Assembly: GCA_964035545.1 (NCBI GenBank)
Contig: OZ037767.1
Span: forward strand, 28,908,628-28,972,627
Direction of reading: 5' to 3'
Length of the DNA: 64,000 nt
Source of the DNA: Bugula neritina
Taxonomy: Eukaryota > Animalia > Bryozoa
Each line of letters opens with the position of its first letter. Position 1 is the stretch's first letter. A model generated the notes under the pieces. The model saw only the letters and a list, made by a program, of their open reading frames with translations, did not search any database and was not told the DNA's origin. This document shows, piece by piece, positions 57,401 to 64,000 of the stretch. A program made the position numbers and the translations under genes.

Positions 57401-60400
57401 GCTACAGTTGGATCTGATTCAAGGCTGGCATAGACACAGTGGCTAGGTCAAGGATACATAGTGTGTGCCAATCTCATGGTTAGCCAGGCATATGATGCCC
57501 TGCTCTCTTAGGTAGAAGTTATCAGCAGAGTTCTTGATTATCAGAGTGTGTTTCCTAGCCTCAGGTCTATTTTGCTTGACATGGGGGCCATGCCACATCA
57601 TCCTTGCACTGCAATATAAATATAACCAGATATGGAAAACCCAGACTCAAACTTGGATCTACCTAATTAGAACGTATTCTAGATGAACAAACGTATTTTG
57701 ATGAAAACAACATGCACTCAACATTGAAAAAAAAATTAATTGCTCGATTTTCAAATTTAAATATTGTTTATAAACTTGCCACTATATAATATAAAATTTG
57801 TAATTAATACCTTTCATCATGCTTTATGTTTCTATTACTTAAATTTCTTACTTTGTAAATTAACCTTGAAACAAAACACACCACAGCTGTGACTTTCCAA
57901 TTTCTACTAGATTTATCAACATTGACATTTCATTAGCTAACAATGCTGACATTTAAAGGGCTACTAGTAAAATTTGAGAGAAATAAAAAATATAAATAAT
58001 ACATTAGGTGAAGTTTTTTATCTTAATCATATTAGAACATTATTTAATTAGAAAGTTATTAGATTAGATTTTAGAATGATTGCACTGAGTAGCATTTAAC
58101 ACACAGTTGAATGAACACAATTTACTTGCCATTAAGAGAATATAATGACAATAATTGAATAGTCAATTGTTACTATATAAATATTAGTTTATGTAACTTA
58201 ATTTATTTGATTTGTATAATACCTACACGGCTAGACATAGCTGTGCAAACATTGTAGGCATTGACCAGCTATTCGTTTGAATAGAATCAATTTATACTGA
58301 ATAAATTCCATTCAGTATAAATGTGAATAATATCTGAGTAGAAATCAAGTTAAGGTTTCAAAGAGACCATTTCAACCTGCAAGTGCAAGTTGCTTGCTGT
58401 CTAAGCAATGCATTGCCTAGAAACTTATGTTAATTGCATGAGCCTCTAAACCAGGTTGGATAAAAAAGCCAGGGCCATGCAGGAGGGTTATATGGTGAAT
58501 AGATGACACATTAGTTCCACACTGATTAATATATATATATATAATCATATTTAAAATCATTAGCATGTGTGATGAAGTTTAAACTTAAGAAAAAACTGAA
58601 ATATGCAGCAATAATAAAAACATTACTAGAATAAATTAAATTAAATGCGACAAAGTGCATAACTTATGTGATGATCTTGTAGATGACAATATAGCATTAG
58701 ATCTAGATTAAACCTATAGAAGCCCGTGAGTGATCTATAACCTCCGCACTCTATAGACTACCAACTGCTGAAAACTAGCTAGGGCAATTATATTTAAGGA
58801 AATATCAATAGCATGCAGTTGTATAGTTTGAATTTGTATTTAAAACAATCACCCGCACTGCAACTGGATAAGATAGCATTTAGTAAAGTAGATTTACCTG
58901 CAGTCTAAATCAGAAGAGAAGACAATATTGATATGACCATCTAGTCCATTGGAGTTGAGATACTGATTCAGGTAGGCAGACGCAGATTTGATGTCAATCC
59001 TGTCTCCAAAGGCCTGCTGAAAATACTCATCACCTAAACGTGAAATTATCTTCTTTTAAACAAATGATTCAAAGTTTAAAACAATTCAAGACAATTAAAA
59101 GTTATTCTATGATTTAGTACTTAGCAAGGTATATGTCTGCGCAGCATTCTATACTTATTAGAAAACTAAACCTATGCTCACCTGATTTGTATTTTTCTTT
59201 GACTAGATTCAAAATTTTTATAGCATTTTGCAGATATTTATGGGATATTTTTCCTAGAGGCTTGTTGGCAATAGCTTCCACTTTACTGTAACCAAGAATA
59301 TATAACTTTATTAACATATAGACTATGTGTATAACTTGCAAAATGGTAGCATAGTTAACATAGCTATCACTTCACTAATTCATAACCCTACAAAGGTCAT
59401 TAGTGAGATAAGAAAGGATATCCTGGGCTACTTTGAGCCTTTGATTTATGTAGACAACATGGCTTCAGACAAAAGGGGTTCATAGCCCTCCCCCTTCTAA
59501 AGCCTCAAAATTAATTAGGTTTGCACATACATTATGGCTATAAACTAATATGTAAAGCAAAACTTTGTGAGGCAAGAAAATAAATTAGAGAAAATTGTAC
59601 ATAAGAATTGTACCAGTAAAAAGACAAAACAAAAGTACATAAAAAAGGATGTATTGTTATGGGTGTTGTGAAATAATACACTTTATTATATTATATTTTA
59701 TTAAATTATATAATACAACATATTATATTATATAATACTTCATTATATTATATAATAATACACTATATTACATAATAAAGAACCATATTTTAGACAACCT
59801 GACTGAAGCTCTGAGCATAAACTGTGGGAGAATTCCATAAGTCAAAAACCTCTCTTGCTGCTGCAGAAGATTTGTTGGATAAATGGATCCGGTGTACTTG
59901 GTTGGTGTTTCGTCCACTACAAATGCAATGTGTGTCTATTATGGGCAAACAGTTTCTTCTTGCTATCTACCTATTGAATGTGTCTTTTATCTATACTATA
60001 TGATTGATAATAATAGAACTTATCTGTAAAATGTTCATCTTTGTACTAGTAATTTGATGTAATTACCTACTTTACAAAAAGTTTCTTCAGTGTGAAAATG
60101 ACTACGAAAACCTCAGTTTTTTACAATTTAAAACTATATTGATAAAAAAATTATTTTTTTTGTTAGAGTTGAAATAAATTATTAAAATTTAATAGTAATT
60201 TTAATTATTTTTATCATGGTTACTTACTATGTACATTTTTAATTGTTGTCTAATGTCGTTATGCAGGAAACCGATTTGTATATAATTCATAATTTTAGAA
60301 GTTGGTGACTTTAAATTAAACTATTACATACAATAAAAATTAATAACTATGATAAAATAATTAGTTGCTTTCCAGTATAACAACTTTCTTTAAAATTTGA

Positions 60401-60497
60401 ATATCTGATAAATTTACTTACCAACTCTTATGGTGTTTGCTTTTTGTTTCTTTCTCCTGGAAGGAAGTCGATTGTCTGTATTAGCAATAGTAGCCAT
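54436..60497 (-). CDS. MATCAP/KIAA0895-family (DUF1704) tubulin tyrosine carboxypeptidase-like metallopeptidase, ~590 aa
   Basis: Exons 60497-60422, 59916-59799, 59285-59182, 59033-58898, 57608-57458, 57229-57061, 56813-56646, 56382-56161, 55885-55701, 55172-55008, 54828-54659, 54544-54436 (1773 nt). Motifs HEIGTHYLRSLNDGLQPW (HExxxH), TEEGLA, RW..VMRVKR, KDQCYFEG. Confidence 0.9.
57230..57457 (-). other. U12-type (minor spliceosome) GT-AG intron
   Basis: Donor GTATCCTT directly after the codons for HEIGTHY. Branch site TTTCCTTAA ~14 nt upstream of the AG. No pyrimidine tract. Confidence 0.92.
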
Positions 60498-62623
60498 GGC
60501 TTTTATTCACCAGATCTAGATTGGAATAACATACTCACATGGTCATCACATGCCTGCAAAAAATTATGATATTACTATTTCCAGCAAATGACTTACCACA
60601 AATTTGAAATAAACAGAGCTTTGTTCATGTGCAAAGCCTAATGATTTTTTTCAACAGTCATGGAGTCATGGTACTGGCACAGCTTTATTTGCCGATTGTT
60701 AGTATAAGTTGCAGCTATTTAGCTCCAAATTACCATTAATATGTCGATATAAATATTTTGTTTGGTATTAACATAATCTATGAAAACACATTTATGTTTG
60801 AAAATTGTCACAATGACAACGCAATAATTATTTAATTATTACACTTACAGTTACTATCAGTATCAGTATTATTATAGTTATTTGCTTCGACTTCTAAGCA
60901 CTTATTTTATTTTACCATCATTTTAACTGTGTATAATTATAACCATAATGCTAATGTAGGACTAAAGTATAAGGACTAAAAGAAAGAGTCAGTCAGCATG
61001 AGTATGAGTATAACTATAAGTTCAACTTCAAGTAAAAGTATCCTTATCACTATCAGATGTATCACTCAATCAGTATGAGTATGATTAACTTCAAGTGTAT
61101 TTTCATTTTGATTTGGAAGCTACACGCTATAAAATTTACCTTTAGATTTTACCTTTTTCAATCTCTACATTGCTAGATCAACATTTCTTCAATATTAATT
61201 GCCTAATCATACAGGTGTAATCAATTTGAAAACACAATCAATCCCATTCAACCATGCCTGCTTTATGGCAGGCTTCCAATAGCAACATCTATATCCGGTG
61301 AGCTTAGCCTGTCTTGTTTGCAAATACCGCATTCATATCGTGAATATATTGACATAAAGCGAAGAACTATACGGTGTGCATTTTTCATAATGATTGTTAT
61401 GAAAATAGAGAAAATAACTCCACAGTTGAAATGTACTATAAGAATATTACAACAACTTGATATTATACAGTAAGTATTTTATTACACGTAGAAATTCAAT
61501 GTTTACAACTTTTTACAGAGAACTGTTTTCAAAAGTTAAAATAAATATATGCAACATAATTTTTCTCTGTTTCCAGTTACTATTGAAATTCCTTCTATTC
61601 CATTACCTATCCAATTATTTAGCTAAACTTGCTAATAATTGTCGAACTTTTTAGTATTTCATGGTGCTACTTAAAGTCAGCAAAACAAATTTGTTACTCA
61701 AATTAGATATAATTTACACAAAATTAGTGTCTAAAAACAAAAACAAATTTAGATAGCACATAATTTGATAATTGTTAACTGCATAGCCTTACATTTATAA
61801 GTTATTAATAATAATGCTGTTCCAGCCCATTTTTGATACACACAATTGTGTCTGATGAATATACAGCGATGCAAATTTCCAAATAGTATGTAGGAATAAA
61901 CAAATGAAACATGCATTTTACTTCTCACCTCACGTATTTCATAACGATGTAATTTAGCAGCTTGCACAACAATGCAGTGACCCAACGTGATAACTGAGCG
62001 CCATAAACATTTCCGCTGTTTCTTTCAACTAGTTGTTACAAGTCTGCTGTCTTATTGCATTAACCTGAACAGTGTTATAATTCTATATATCAGCAAGAAG
62101 CAATCTAATTTAGGTATGTAAAATAGATTGTGTTTTAAACTTTGTAGCGTCTAAGCACCTTAACTTAATATATGAGTTGATAAACTTATGTGATGAAGTT
62201 ATTTTTATAATACCTGAAAAGCTGTCTTTATAAACTTGAAAGCCTAATAAGCGTATTAAGTTAGTTATTCTAGTCTTTTTCTCTCTGTGTTCAAAGAGTA
62301 TTGAGTGTTGCAACTTCTTTGCAATGCCATAAGCTGCATGCATAGTCTAGGTTGTTGTACTTACGGCTAAACTGTATGTCTGGAAATTAGTCTATGCAGG
62401 TTTCCCAGATTGAACTTGTGTAAAAATATTAATACTATATTGAGCTTTATTTTTAAGCATGCATCATGCAACTATATTTGCCTATTTGTACTATGTTGTG
62501 AAGTTATCATTTCCTAGTGCAAGGCTTGCTTCATGTTTGCCTTTTGCATTTATATATAAATTTCCATGAAGATATGAAAAAATACACCATATAATATTAT
62601 TTAGGTAAAAGAATTCCTACGAT

Positions 62624-63304
62624 ATGAGTAATTTACCGCTGAGATCATTGCCGCAAACTTCATCAATTCAGTTACAGGTAAATAAAAATTACTGACTTTT
62701 ATATTGTTTCTAATAAATATATCTATACACAAGCAATATAATAAATTGTATATAATTGTAGGTAAGTAAAAAACATAATGAATATAATAGACAAGTAAGC
62801 GATATAATAAATACAACGTATGCAATTAAATAATATGACACATATATATATATATATATATATATTAAATAAGCATGCAAGATATTTTGTGCTTCAAAAA
62901 ATTCTAATTATACATTTTAAAAAAGGAAACTTTGAGTTGACGTACAAGATAATAACATATAAAGAAGGCAGTTGTTTAATGTGCAAACAGTCAAGTGTAC
63001 TTGATAGTCATGTCATGTGTAAAAAGTTTGAAATTCACAGTAAAAATATTGCCTATGGTTTTTAGAAATAAGATTGAAATTATATAACTACAATATTTTG
63101 ATGACTAAATTTGATGTCTTAACGTAATTGTTACAGCTCCTGAAGCTTCAGCAAGAGAACCAGTCATTAGCCAATGAAATGGAGGAGTTACGATACACTC
63201 ACAAAGCAGAGCTGAAAGAGCAGTACCTGCAAATACACAATGACATAGGAGATGAGGTTCTCATGCTAAAAAGAAAACATAAATTAGAAAAGATTAAATG
63301 GATG
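62624..63304 (+). CDS. 5' part of a coiled-coil protein gene (probably continues beyond the window)
   Basis: Exons 62624-62677 and 63137-63304 join in phase 0: MSNLPLRSLPQTSSIQLQ|LLKLQQENQSLANEMEELRYTHKAELKEQY..KIKWM. Heptad-like, Q/E/K/L-rich. Confidence 0.65.
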
Positions 63305-64000
63305 GTTAGTCATGATTTATTGATGGATTTGGTCTTGTTGGTTAAAACCCCTCATTAATAATGAATTTAGTTATTCATCCAAAGCTGTAGGCAATTGTAA
63401 ATAAACAAATAATTGTTCTTCAACTAATTATATGTTAATTATACAAAATTGTCTCAAATTTTTTTGTATGATTCTTATGTCACATGTTGAAGTGATGAGT
63501 AATTGTGAGAATTATAACCATATTATGCAGCTATAATTGTTATATTATATTATTATAACATTATAATCCATCAAACAAATGAAGTAGAGTTATCCTTTCT
63601 CCTTGCTATAGATGTACGTGTAAATCAAATTGCGCCTGTATCCCCAATAACACTTGGCCCTAATACATATCCAGTGTGTATGAAAACTAATAGATATGTT
63701 TTCATAATAATAATACTGTTGGAACTAAATTTAACATTATATAAAACTTTGTTATAAACTATAATAATATTTGAATACTAAATAATAAAATGTGTAATAT
63801 AAATTCATTATGTTGGTTTTAGGAAGCAACCAATGAAAAAGACAGAAAATTCGAACTCCTAAATAAAAACTACCAACGATTAGAAAAGCAAGTTTCTTTA
63901 CACAAGTTTCAGAATTTATGTGTGCATCTGAATCCAACAACCAATAGAAACTATATTATTACAACTATGAACAAAATACTTGGTATTGTTTTTGACATCT

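Overview
AT-rich, intron-rich eukaryotic (invertebrate animal) genomic DNA, not prokaryotic. I built nine spliced genes and one partial gene by hand from GT-AG junctions, all phase-consistent. In order: YJU2/CCDC94 splicing factor (+, 5' end uncertain); a ~1376-aa multi-zinc-finger protein with a PRDM2-like finger (+); a SLC7 cationic amino acid transporter (+); a small secreted divergent F-type-lectin-like protein (+); TMEM216-family (-) head-to-head with DNAAF6/PIH1D3 (+); a ~893-aa protein with a Pro-rich N-terminus and a C-terminal WH1-like/basic/CRIB-like module (-); mitochondrial-type cyclophilin (+); a MATCAP/KIAA0895-family metallopeptidase (-); and the start of a coiled-coil gene (+). 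The most notable observations are two minor-spliceosome (U12-type) introns, one next to a 20-nt micro-exon, a WASP-like module without a VCA tail, minisatellites that amplify splice sites, and 6-bp-periodic tracts near gene 5' ends. Family assignments come from motif recognition, not database searches.
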